The position numbers and the translations under genes are program-made. Positions 10,836-23,742 of a DNA stretch of 64,000 bases are shown here, piece after piece; the first letter of the stretch is position 1; the number at the start of each line of letters is the position of its first letter. A model generated the notes under the pieces. That model did not search any database. It was given only the letters and a program-made list of their open reading frames with translations, and was not told where the DNA came from. Source of the DNA: Alkalibacterium sp. (lineage in GTDB: Bacteria > Bacillota > Bacilli > Lactobacillales > Carnobacteriaceae_A). The stretch is taken from contig RECC01000056.1 in assembly GCA_007692455.1 (NCBI GenBank), forward strand, positions 25,654 through 89,653, in the 5' to 3' direction.

Positions 10836-11488
10836 GGGGAATCCTCCTTTCTAATCAGTTCAATATGCTTGTTAGCAAACTGGCGCAGTTCTTCATGATC
10901 ATGTGTAACCATTAGAATGCCTTTGCCATGTACTCTACTATTATGCTTAAGTAGTCGGTAGAATTCTTCTCTGGACTGGCTGTCCATCCCTGTCGTCGGC
11001 TCATCCAGAACAAACAGGTCCGGGTCAGTTGCAAACACGCGGGCAATTGAAATACGCTGCTTCTGTCCGCCCGACAGTTCGCCAATCTTCTTGTGGCGCA
11101 TGTCCCACATCCCTACTGACTCGAGTGACCGTCTGACATGTTCCTTGTCTTCTTTATCCAGACGTTTAAACCATTTGCCTCTAGGGTATCGTCCAGATTG
11201 AACAAGTTCCAGAACTGTGCTGGGAAAACCGGCATTGAAAGACGCGACCTGCTGTGGTACATAACCCACTACCAATTTTTCACCCCGTCGGTTCTTAGTC
11301 GACAGTTCCACATTTCCTCTTGAAGGTTTCAATAAGCCTAATATGTTTCTCAGTAATGTTGTCTTTGCTGCTCCATTTTCCCCTGTCAACATCACAAAGT
11401 CTCCTGAATTGACTTCGAATGATATATTTTCCAGTACAGGTTCATCCTCATAGTGAAAAGCGAGTTCGTTCACATTAATGTACCGCAT
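10772..11488 (-). CDS. adcC: zinc ABC transporter ATP-binding protein
   Basis: [27 protein letters not shown]-terminal PWRCF. Confidence 0.92.
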   Translation of the reverse strand: MRYINVNELAFHYEDEPVLENISFEVNSGDFVMLTGENGAAKTTLLRNILGLLKPSRGNVELSTKNRRGEKLVVGYVPQQVASFNAGFPSTVLELVQSGRYPRGKWFKRLDKEDKEHVRRSLESVGMWDMRHKKIGELSGGQKQRISIARVFATDPDLFVLDEPTTGMDSQSREEFYRLLKHNSRVHGKGILMVTHDHEELRQFANKHIELIRKEDSPWRCFSMDSCKEPSRHHSSSH

Positions 11489-11602
11489 TGCAGACCGCTC
11501 CTTTCTTTCTCTTTACGTTTTTTTAATTAGCTTAATGTCAGACCTGGTGATATATTTAACGCACAAAGAAGTGCCTGTCTGCAGGCACTTCTTTCATTAC
11601 TA

Positions 11603-12829
11603 TCAGTTGATACTTATCTTTAATGCTTCCAGATTCTCTCTCATGGCTTCAATATAGCCCAAGTCATTTTCTCTTAGTTCATCAGATAAAGTTTCCAGAT
11701 CATGAAGAACTGCCGTTTCAGTGCCAGTCTCGTCTGCAACAGTCTGGGCAATAGAGGAATCGGCACCCTGCTGATAATAAATCACTGGTACATTGACTTC
11801 ATTTACCAGACTGTTAATTTCCGCAATGCGTGAAGGGCTTGGTTCGACTTCAGTCGATAAACCACCTATTGCTACCTGCTCAAGATTATAACGTGCAGCA
11901 ATATAGCCAAAAGCCTGGTGCTGAACAACAAAGGTACGGTTTTCAGCCTGTTCAAATGCTTCTTCATAGTCTTCATGAAGTTCCTGAAGTTCATCAATGA
12001 ACTGCTGGGCATTTTCCGAATAGTAAGCTTCATTGTCAGGATCTATTTCAATCAGGGCCTCTTCAATTTGACGGACCTGATCTTGTGCTAATATAGGGTC
12101 CAGCCATATATGCGGGTCTTCACCTTCATGATCGTCAATGTGGATACGTTCAACTTCTGATTGAGCCAACTCTTCTCCTTCAGCATTCAAAGCTACTGCC
12201 TGAACATAGAAATCATCGGATTCGAGTTCGTATTCAAATCGGCCATCAGTCTGATCGGTCATTAGTTCCCAATCCTGTCCGATATGCTTCGTAAACCACT
12301 GCCACTCATCCGCCTCATCATACTGAGCAGCCAGTGTTACATTATCACCGCTGTGATAATGTCCAGCCACTCCGAGGACCGTCACATCATAGGGAGCATC
12401 GCTGACAGATTCGACAGCGTCGTTATCTGCCAGAACTTCTGTAGTAGCCACCTCATAGTGCTGATCACTTTCCAGACCATCTGCTGTTCGGACAACCTTC
12501 AAATCATCGCTCTCAATTGTATTTAACAAACTAGATATCCAGAATTCCATGTCTTCGCTGCTGTATACCAGCATATCCGCATTTGACACTTCTGCTATAT
12601 TCTGAGCACTGGGTTCATAACCGTGGGGATCTACGCCGCTCCCAATCATCATCGAAATATCCGCTTTGTCCCCGGCCACTTTTTGAGTAAACTCATAGAC
12701 TGGGAAAAAAGAAGTAATAATGCTTAATTGATTATCTGAAGCCTCATCACTGCTTTCATCTGTACAGGCACTTAAAACCAGCATCACCAGCAGTATAGGC
12801 ATAAGTAGATGTTTTTTCTTAAAATTCAT
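11603..12829 (-). CDS. adcA: zinc ABC substrate-binding lipoprotein (AdcA/ZnuA) with inserted ~90-aa domain
   Basis: Lipobox LSAC; ligand motifs DPHGYEP, DPHIWLDP, QHQAFGY, DLE. Confidence 0.9.
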   Translation of the reverse strand: MNFKKKHLLMPILLVMLVLSACTDESSDEASDNQLSIITSFFPVYEFTQKVAGDKADISMMIGSGVDPHGYEPSAQNIAEVSNADMLVYSSEDMEFWISSLLNTIESDDLKVVRTADGLESDQHYEVATTEVLADNDAVESVSDAPYDVTVLGVAGHYHSGDNVTLAAQYDEADEWQWFTKHIGQDWELMTDQTDGRFEYELESDDFYVQAVALNAEGEELAQSEVERIHIDDHEGEDPHIWLDPILAQDQVRQIEEALIEIDPDNEAYYSENAQQFIDELQELHEDYEEAFEQAENRTFVVQHQAFGYIAARYNLEQVAIGGLSTEVEPSPSRIAEINSLVNEVNVPVIYYQQGADSSIAQTVADETGTETAVLHDLETLSDELRENDLGYIEAMRENLEALKISIN

Positions 12830-12845
12830 AGGAAACTCCTCGTTT

Positions 12846-12868
12846 TAAATCGTAATCATTACGGTATA
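12846..12868. promoter_or_regulatory. Zur box
   Basis: TAAATCGTAATCATTACGGTATA vs Bacillus consensus TAAATCGTAATnATTACGATTTA; just downstream of TTGACT-17-TACTTT (minus strand). Confidence 0.9.
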
Positions 12869-13067
12869 TAAAGTAGCACGTTCAACCCGTTAAAGTCAAG
12901 TTCATTCTAATGAGAAACTCGAAGCATGACCACTTTGACTCCTTTAAATACAAAGCTTAAAAATCTTTCTATTTGAGCTGAATAAGACTATCTGCTAAAG
13001 AAAAGCTAAGCAAGTCTTTTCGCAGAAAAAGCGGCACATGATATGCCGCTTTACTTAAGAAACTGTA

Positions 13068-13613
13068 TTAATGATTGTCTACTTCCAACTCAATCGGATC
13101 TGATTCAGCGTAAAGGTCGTGACTGTCGTCATACAATGCCGCACGTATGTCTACTGTTGATTCTGGTGCTTCAATCATCAGTTCACTTGTTCCTTGACCT
13201 GAAATGATTTCCCATTCAGAGTCCTCATCTTCTCTCATGTACCAGTGCCAGTCGTTGTAGTCACTGTCTTCTTCCAGAACAGCTGTCAATTCAACGAGTT
13301 CCCCAGTATGATAGTGATGGTCCATTCCTTCAATATCCAGCGTGTAAATACTTCCCATTTCTTCAGAATCTGCGCTGTCTGCGTCCTCTTCGGTATCTAA
13401 TTCTGAATCTTCTTCTTCCTCAGAATCTTCTTCCGAATCCAAATCGCTTTCTTCCTCTTCTACCTCTTCAGCTGTTTCATCTTCCGTTTCAGCTTCTTCT
13501 TCAACTACTTCCGCACTGTCATCTTCCAGTACTTCTTCGTCATTATCACAAGCAGCTAAGTACAAACTCAGTAAAGCCACACTTGAAAGTTTAATCCATT
13601 TGTTATTCATCAT
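13068..13613 (-). CDS. acidic lipoprotein with C-terminal HHYH domain, putative zinc scavenger
   Basis: Lipobox LAAC, E/D-rich stalk, GMDHHYHTG...WHWY...VDNH; has its own Zur box. Confidence 0.8.
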   Translation of the reverse strand: MMNNKWIKLSSVALLSLYLAACDNDEEVLEDDSAEVVEEEAETEDETAEEVEEEESDLDSEEDSEEEEDSELDTEEDADSADSEEMGSIYTLDIEGMDHHYHTGELVELTAVLEEDSDYNDWHWYMREDEDSEWEIISGQGTSELMIEAPESTVDIRAALYDDSHDLYAESDPIELEVDNH

Positions 13614-13636
13614 CTCGTCCTCCTAAGTAGTATACG

Positions 13637-13659
13637 TAAATCGTAAACGTTACGTTTTA
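13637..13659. promoter_or_regulatory. Zur box
   Basis: TAAATCGTAAACGTTACGTTTTA; just downstream of TTGACA-17-TTTAAT (minus strand). Confidence 0.85.
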
Positions 13660-13728
13660 CATTAAACCATCTTATTTAGACTCTGTCAACAAAAAAGAGA
13701 CATTTTTCTGATCTGTCTCTTTTTCTTT

Positions 13729-14577
13729 TCAATTTATTGTTCGTACCAGAAAAACATCTTTGCAGAAACCTTTTAAACCATTCACTATTCTATTCGCTTT
13801 ATTATAATTTTGGGTAAGGCCGTAAACTGTAGGCCCTGTCCCGCTCATTAGAGCCGTTTCTGCTCCGAATTCCAGCATCTTATCCTTTAATTCCCCAGTT
13901 AACGGATTCTGCTTAATTGCCTCTGACTCCAGGGCGTTCCCAGTGTGTTTCACACATTCATTGAAGTCATTGTCCTCAACTGCACTTCTCAGTTTATCAA
14001 TGGGGTAAACCGGAAGGGCCGATATATTCAAATCTTTGAATACTGTCCAGCTTGATATGCCCTTGGGCGGTTTGGCTATGATCACCCAGGCAAATGGAAA
14101 CGGACGAATCGGCAGAACGTTCTCTCCTTTACCTGTCACATACGCAGTCTGATTGTATACACAAAAAGGAACATCAGCACCAATTTCTTCTCCGGTTTCT
14201 GACAGTTCATTGAGTGACAAATCCAAATTCCACAATCGGTTCAATGCTCTCAGGGTAGCCGCAGCATCACTGCTTCCACCACCTAAGCCTGCTGCAATCG
14301 GTATCGCTTTATCTATATAAATGGAGACGCCTTTTTTAACGCCGTACTTTTTCCGAAGCAAATCTGCTGTTTTATAAACGATATTTTTTTCATTCAACGG
14401 CATAAATGAACTGTTGGAATCTACCCTAATCTCTCTGTCCAACAGTGAGAAAGTCAAGCGATCATTTAAGTCAATGGGGGTCATAATCATTTCCATATCA
14501 TGATAGCCATCTGCTCTTTTATTTAAAACATTGAGGCACAAGTTAATTTTAGCAGGCGCTTTTTCAATCTCCTCCAT
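13729..14577 (-). CDS. ispE: 4-diphosphocytidyl-2-C-methyl-D-erythritol kinase
   Basis: KAPAKINL, PIAAGLGGGSSDAA, MSGTGPT; ATG at 14577 follows GAGGAGG. Confidence 0.93.
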   Translation of the reverse strand: MEEIEKAPAKINLCLNVLNKRADGYHDMEMIMTPIDLNDRLTFSLLDREIRVDSNSSFMPLNEKNIVYKTADLLRKKYGVKKGVSIYIDKAIPIAAGLGGGSSDAAATLRALNRLWNLDLSLNELSETGEEIGADVPFCVYNQTAYVTGKGENVLPIRPFPFAWVIIAKPPKGISSWTVFKDLNISALPVYPIDKLRSAVEDNDFNECVKHTGNALESEAIKQNPLTGELKDKMLEFGAETALMSGTGPTVYGLTQNYNKANRIVNGLKGFCKDVFLVRTIN

Positions 14578-14718
14578 ATCTTCCCTCCTCAAGAAACGGT
14601 AGTTGTTTCTATTGTAGAACAGTTTACGCTGTAAATAAAAAAATAGCCTTTACAATCGAAAAAAAGGCATAAAAATAGTAGTATAATAAGTTATTATACT
14701 ACTAGCAAAATTATATTT

Positions 14719-14973
14719 TTATGAAACTACTGCACTTTCTTCTTCAAACTCAAGTGTAACTGAATGAGTTAGTACATCGGTGTAACTGTACGATACTCGT
14801 TCCACTGCGTTCTCTTCCTGATCGAGTTCTACGACAAAAATTGCCGGATAGGTCTCGGTTAAGATTCCTTTGCGTTCTGTCGTTTTCTTACGTCCCGCTT
14901 GTGCAATCAATTTAATTTCTCTTCCAATTTGACTGTCCAAGGTATTCTTGATGCTCGCTAAAGTAGTTGGCAT
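14719..14973 (-). CDS. veg: Veg family protein
   Basis: GRKK...G.L.ETYPAIFVVEL...RVSYSYTDVLT. Confidence 0.95.
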   Translation of the reverse strand: MPTTLASIKNTLDSQIGREIKLIAQAGRKKTTERKGILTETYPAIFVVELDQEENAVERVSYSYTDVLTHSVTLEFEEESAVVS

Positions 14974-15194
14974 GTTCGATTCACCTCACAAAGTATTAAC
15001 TATACTATAACACGAAAAGACGAAAATTAAAAGTCGAATTGTAAAGAAAGATAGGCTTTTCTGTAAAGATTAAAATAAAGTGAGTCTGATGATAGCTTAT
15101 ATCATAGTCAAAACTTCACTGTTTCTTCATAATCCCTTACAGTCCCCTCATTTAATCAGCAGCTATCGTTCGGCTTTTATTCTGAAAACAATAG

Positions 15195-15234
15195 AAAAAA
15201 CACTTCATCCGACTAAACAGTCCGGAGTGAAGTG
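15195..15234 (-). terminator. intrinsic terminator between rsmA and veg
   Basis: CACTTCAtccgactaaacagtccggagTGAAGTG with a U-tail on the minus strand. Confidence 0.7.
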
Positions 15235-15344
15235 CTGACCCACTATACAGTTGTTTATTCCCTTACTGGTTATTCCATTTCTACACTATCTTTATGAAGA
15301 AAAAATTCAATCAATTTCTTATAGTTTTCTACAGTCTATCAGGC

Positions 15345-16809
<1,465 letters not shown>

Positions 16810-16813
16810 AGGC

Positions 16814-17584
16814 TTACTCCTTCAATTTGAACAGTTTCAGCGCGTTTTGCGTGGTCTGCTCAGCCACTTCTTCCAATGACAGTCCTCTTAAACGAGCAAT
16901 CTCTTCAGCAACATATCTCACATAACCCGGTTCATTGCGCTTGCCGCGGTTAGGCATAGGAGCCAAATAAGGGGCATCTGTTTCAACGAGCAGCTTGTCA
17001 AAGGGCACCTGTACCGCTGACTCTTTTACTTCCGGAGCATTTTTGAATGTCACTATGCCATTTAATGATATATGCATGCCTATATCCAGAAACTTTTCCA
17101 TCCAGTAAGGATCCAGGTTAAAGCTATGCATGATACCACCAGTATCACCTGCATGCTCTTCTTTTAAAATTTTATAGGTGTCTTCAGTCGCTTCCCGGTT
17201 ATGAATACTGACAGGTAAATTAAGCTCTTTTGCTACCCGCAATTGTCTTCTGAAGGCATCATGCTGGACAGCTTTCGGTGCCGTATCCCAGTAGTAATCC
17301 AAGCCCATTTCACCCATCGCTACGACACTTTTGTCCGACAGAAATCTGAACAGTTTTTCTTCGACTTCATCCGAGTAAGTCGCAGATTCAGTCGGATGCC
17401 AGCCAAGAATGGTATAGATTCCGTCATAAGCATGAGCCAATTCGAGCGCTTTATCTATGGTCGGATAGTCAAATCCCACTACAGCCATTCTGTCGACGCC
17501 TTCTTCATTTGCACGCCTGATAACCTCGGCTTCTTCCCCTTTAAACTGTTCGACATTAATATGAGTATGTGTATCAAATAGCAT
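16814..17584 (-). CDS. tatD: TatD family nuclease
   Basis: DTHTH, GEMGLDYY, ETDAPYLAP. Confidence 0.95.
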   Translation of the reverse strand: MLFDTHTHINVEQFKGEEAEVIRRANEEGVDRMAVVGFDYPTIDKALELAHAYDGIYTILGWHPTESATYSDEVEEKLFRFLSDKSVVAMGEMGLDYYWDTAPKAVQHDAFRRQLRVAKELNLPVSIHNREATEDTYKILKEEHAGDTGGIMHSFNLDPYWMEKFLDIGMHISLNGIVTFKNAPEVKESAVQVPFDKLLVETDAPYLAPMPNRGKRNEPGYVRYVAEEIARLRGLSLEEVAEQTTQNALKLFKLKE

Positions 17585-17717
17585 CTGTTCATTGTCCTTT
17601 CCATTGCCTTGTCTTCATCTTGTCTAGAATACACCATTAGACAGAAAAATTCCAATAAAGCAGAGACTCCTTGCTTCTCCGGCTCTATTGGAATTAACCT
17701 TTAAACACTTTGTTCTG

Positions 17718-19805
<2,088 letters not shown>

Positions 19806-19849
19806 TTAACCTGTAAAGTATACCACAGGTCTAAGTGTTCAAAAAGTTC

Positions 19850-20674
19850 TTATATCAAGTTAAAGTGTCTAAGTCCTTTTTCGATTCCGTCCTCATCTAC
19901 TGAGGCCGTGACATAGTCAGCCACTTCCTTGACAGAATCCCAGCCGTTATCCATAGCGACTCCAGTTTGCACGTATTCAAGCATCTCCAAATCATTTGGA
20001 CTGTCTCCAAAGCCATACGTCTCAGCCTGGCTGATTCCTAGTTCCTTCAGGAAGACTTCAATACCTGTGGCTTTCGAAATGCCGGCACTGATAATATCGA
20101 CCGTATAATGGTTTGACCGTGCAAAGTGAAGTTCGGGAAATGCATCCTTGTATGCTGTTTCTTCTTCCATAGAAGTCTCCAGGATGACCTGATAAATAGA
20201 CTTCCCTTCATATTGTTTGGGATTGGGCGGTTTTCTGATCAGTTTCTTGAATAGTGACAACTGCAGATGTCCGGGTACAATTTTGCCCAAACCTTTGAGA
20301 ATTGACCAGACCGAACTGCGTTTGGCCAGCGACACAATTGAGTTACTGTAGATGTCTTTGGCTCCGCACAAAATGATTCCATTCTTCTGATTGACCGCCT
20401 TGTCGGTCAGTCGGTCAACTGTCTCCGTCTGAATCGGGTTATGGAACAGCACATTTCCTTTATGCATAACCAGTTGCCCATTCATGGCAATATAACTGTC
20501 GATAGCCAACTCCTCGCGAATATCATCGATAAGAAGCGGCGCTCTCCCCGTCGCGATAACAGGAATAACCCCATTCTCTTTCAGCTTTTTCACAGCCCGT
20601 TTAGTCGAATCCGGGATGGTATTTCGTTTGTTAACCAGCGTTCCGTCAATATCAAAAAACACTATTTTAGTCAT
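19850..20674 (-). CDS. Cof-type HAD-IIB hydrolase
   Basis: FFDIDGTL, ATGR, FGDSPNDLEM. Confidence 0.9.
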   Translation of the reverse strand: MTKIVFFDIDGTLVNKRNTIPDSTKRAVKKLKENGVIPVIATGRAPLLIDDIREELAIDSYIAMNGQLVMHKGNVLFHNPIQTETVDRLTDKAVNQKNGIILCGAKDIYSNSIVSLAKRSSVWSILKGLGKIVPGHLQLSLFKKLIRKPPNPKQYEGKSIYQVILETSMEEETAYKDAFPELHFARSNHYTVDIISAGISKATGIEVFLKELGISQAETYGFGDSPNDLEMLEYVQTGVAMDNGWDSVKEVADYVTASVDEDGIEKGLRHFNLI

Positions 20675-20837
20675 ATGTGAATACTCACTTTCTTTTATTT
20701 ACTCTTTTTTAATTGTATCATGTATTCGCTTCACTACATATGAAAAAGGAAAGAAAAGTAGTCCTTTTTCCTTACCGGACTGTTAAAATCCTGTAAAGGA
20801 AAATCGAACTCTTTTCTTTCCCTGAAATGGTGGTGCG

Positions 20838-23249
20838 TTAAGCTACATCATCGGGATTGGCCCAGACAATTTCACTTATTGCATCCAGTAAGTCCTGATC
20901 AATATCCAGAGCCAGCAAGGCACTAATCACACGTGCACTTGTCCGTCCTTTAACAATTGTGCTGAAGATTTTTTCTTTTACATGAGCTTCTACCTGGGCT
21001 CTGTCCAGGAAGCGGAATAACTGACCGTGCATATCATTTTTTCGTAATTCTACGCCTCTGAAGTATACAGTATAGCTGACATCCGTATCCTGTTCAGGAA
21101 TAACCACACTAGTGACTTTTCCGTCTTTAGAGATTTCTATCTCGACTTGTTCATCGTCGACCCAGACTTCAGGCATCTGCTTGCATTTGAAGCCTACAAG
21201 TGACAAAGTGAACTGGCGTCTTTCAGGAAGAGCATCGACATTCCCTTCCGGTTTATGGATTCGGAAAATAGATGATTCTTCCTCTTCTTCTCTCCATTTC
21301 AGCGACATCTTAGTGGTGACTGCGTCTACCCCTTTTCCTAAGCCGTCATCTTCATACATCGAGAAGTTACCGTGATCACCGGCATAAATGCGAATATCCA
21401 TGTTAGTCGGATTATCCGTGCTATTCTCAACAGACTGATCCATCGGCACAATTCCTCCGGCTTTTACAAATACAGGGAAGGTTGACATTGGTCTGTACAC
21501 ATCAATCATCCGGTCACCTTCATATGAACGGTTGTTGAAGAAATCGACCCATTTCCCTTCTGGCAGCCAGACTTTAACTTTCCCTAAACGAAGGTCACTG
21601 CGCATCGGTTCAGTAATCGGAGCCACAATCATTTGTGTTCCGAAGTAATACTGATTCGGCACATCATAGGCTTCGTCTTTCCACGGGTAATGATAGTACA
21701 TCGGTCTTACGAGCGGGAAATCATCCTGATAATTAATGACATTCATTGTGTACAAGTAAGGGACCAGACGGTGTCGCAGCTGCATGAAGTCCGTGACAAT
21801 TCGTTCTGCCTTTTGACCATAGCGCCACGGTTCTTTACCGCTGAACTCGCCGTCTTGACTGTGAAGTCTATTGATTGGAGAGAAGACACCAAACTGTACC
21901 CAGCGGACGAACAGTTCATTGTCTTTAACTCCGCCCATGTGTCCCCCGATATCGTGACTCCACCAGCTGTAGCCTACGTTAGCTGCGGTAGCCGTAAAGT
22001 AAGGCTGAAAGGCCAGAGAGTCCCATGTAGCAGCTGTATCACCGGAAAAGCCAATCGGATAACGGTGGGAGCCCAAGCCGGCATAACGGGAGAAAATTAG
22101 TCCCCGGTTGTCATCACGGGCATGATCAAGGAAATGATAATGGTTGAGCATCCATAACGGATCCAGCCCTTCCACTTTTGTGACACTTCCCTGCTGCCAG
22201 TCTATCCACCAGAAATCCACACCCTTTTCTTCATGAGGATGGTGCAGGTATTCAAAATAGGCATCCAGAAATTCTGGGTCTGCAATATCAAATTCAATCG
22301 GTTCTTCCTGGTCCACGTTCACATCTAATTGTTTAGCCATCGGTTCATACATTTCTTCATAAGGTTGTACACCATTTGCCGGGTGAAGGTTAAGTGTTGT
22401 GCGCATACCGTTCTCGTGCAGCCAGGATAAAAAACCGTCCGGGTCCGGAAATAACTCTGTATTCCACGTATAGCCTGTCCATCCTGAGCCGTATTCCGAT
22501 GGCACATCCGTCACATGCCAGTCCATATCGATAACCGCAACGGAGAACGGTATGGACCGTGCCTGAAATTCTTTCATTAAATCCTTGTAGCCTTCCTGAC
22601 TATAGGCATAATATCGGCTCCACCAGTTCCCCAGTGCATAACGTGGAAGCAGTGGTGTTTTACCCGTCAAATAATGATAATCTTCAAGCGCACCGAGATA
22701 GTCTCGGCCATAGCCTAAGAAATACATGTCAACTAGATTAGGTGAGCGTTTTTTTACCCAGCCGTCTTCAGTCAAATGCATCGATTTGCTGTCATCAATA
22801 ACAGAGAAACCGTTCTTGCTCATCAGACCATCTTCAAGTTCAATTGCACCATCTGCAAAGTCAAGCGTACGGGCTGTCCCTTTTAATGTGTCGAGCTCTT
22901 CTCCAAAGTACCACGTACTATGATACAAGCTATAATTTCCTATGGCTTCAATATTCAGATTGTGTTTAGTAAATCCACCCTCTTCTTTGTAAAACATCAA
23001 ATGAGAGTGGCTAGTTATAATTTCAATGTACTCATCGGTTTCTTTTAGTTCGAATTCAGGTGTTTCAAAATCTCTATTTAAAACAGTTTGAGTCGAGCCA
23101 TCTTCAAACTTTCCTTCCGGATGGTACTCGAGGCGAATAATTGCAGAAGTCAGTACACTAAATCTGTAATTTCCCCAGGAAACAATTGATCCTTCAGGTG
23201 CTTTTGGATTGGTATCGAGTTTAAATGTCTCTTTTCTTTTTTTAACCAA
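20838..23249 (-). CDS. glycoside hydrolase family 31 (alpha-xylosidase/glucosidase-like)
   Basis: VIDMDWH, WWIDWQQ nucleophile motif, FSGD, WSHDIGG. Confidence 0.9.
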   Translation of the reverse strand: MVKKRKETFKLDTNPKAPEGSIVSWGNYRFSVLTSAIIRLEYHPEGKFEDGSTQTVLNRDFETPEFELKETDEYIEIITSHSHLMFYKEEGGFTKHNLNIEAIGNYSLYHSTWYFGEELDTLKGTARTLDFADGAIELEDGLMSKNGFSVIDDSKSMHLTEDGWVKKRSPNLVDMYFLGYGRDYLGALEDYHYLTGKTPLLPRYALGNWWSRYYAYSQEGYKDLMKEFQARSIPFSVAVIDMDWHVTDVPSEYGSGWTGYTWNTELFPDPDGFLSWLHENGMRTTLNLHPANGVQPYEEMYEPMAKQLDVNVDQEEPIEFDIADPEFLDAYFEYLHHPHEEKGVDFWWIDWQQGSVTKVEGLDPLWMLNHYHFLDHARDDNRGLIFSRYAGLGSHRYPIGFSGDTAATWDSLAFQPYFTATAANVGYSWWSHDIGGHMGGVKDNELFVRWVQFGVFSPINRLHSQDGEFSGKEPWRYGQKAERIVTDFMQLRHRLVPYLYTMNVINYQDDFPLVRPMYYHYPWKDEAYDVPNQYYFGTQMIVAPITEPMRSDLRLGKVKVWLPEGKWVDFFNNRSYEGDRMIDVYRPMSTFPVFVKAGGIVPMDQSVENSTDNPTNMDIRIYAGDHGNFSMYEDDGLGKGVDAVTTKMSLKWREEEEESSIFRIHKPEGNVDALPERRQFTLSLVGFKCKQMPEVWVDDEQVEIEISKDGKVTSVVIPEQDTDVSYTVYFRGVELRKNDMHGQLFRFLDRAQVEAHVKEKIFSTIVKGRTSARVISALLALDIDQDLLDAISEIVWANPDDVA

Positions 23250-23394
23250 GTGCAGTCATCCTTTCACTAACAATCTTGTCTTATGTATAGTTTAGCATAC
23301 CAAAAAAGAATGTATAGTGTGAAGGCATCGGCATTTTAAAAAAATAAGGAATCATGCTGCCGTCTTCCCTTTACTTTATTATTCAAATTCTCAA

Positions 23395-23423
23395 TTGACT
23401 ATTCGTCTGCATTGAATTATACT
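23395..23423 (+). promoter_or_regulatory. sigma-A promoter of the tyrS leader
   Basis: TTGACT-17-TATACT. Confidence 0.8.
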
Positions 23424-23439
23424 GATTCATAGAATATTC

Positions 23440-23665
23440 AAGCGATGAACAGGCGAAGTAGTGTGTCTGACCTTTTTTAGAGAACGAGTGGCTGGTGAAA
23501 ACTCGTAAGGGCTGATGACATGAATTACACCTCGGAGCTTTCTTTCTTAGACGCATCCCGGCGTTATGGGAATGAGAGGAAGTGGCACAGGCCATTTCAA
23601 TCAGGGTGGTACCACGGCATGTTCGTCCCGGCAGAAAGCAGAGGCTTTTTGCGGGGCTTTTTTTG
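23440..23665 (+). ncRNA. T-box riboswitch (Tyr)
   Basis: AGAGA and GGTGAAA stem I motifs, specifier GAAT-TAC (Tyr) at 23526-23528, T-box AGGGTGGTACCACGG at 23603-23617, terminator with U-run. Confidence 0.95.
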
Positions 23666-23742
23666 TATTCAATAATAGTATTAGCTAGAGAATCTCGATT
23701 ACCAGATAGGTATATCGAAATAAAAAAGAGGAGCATTTTAAT

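Noticed and set aside
13729-14577. ispE as evidence of a complete MEP pathway
   Set aside because: An isolated ispE at this locus is common in mevalonate-using Firmicutes, and no other MEP gene is in the window.
23383-23736. 117-aa minus-strand ORF
   Set aside because: It is antisense to the tyrS promoter and T-box leader, which fully explain this sequence.
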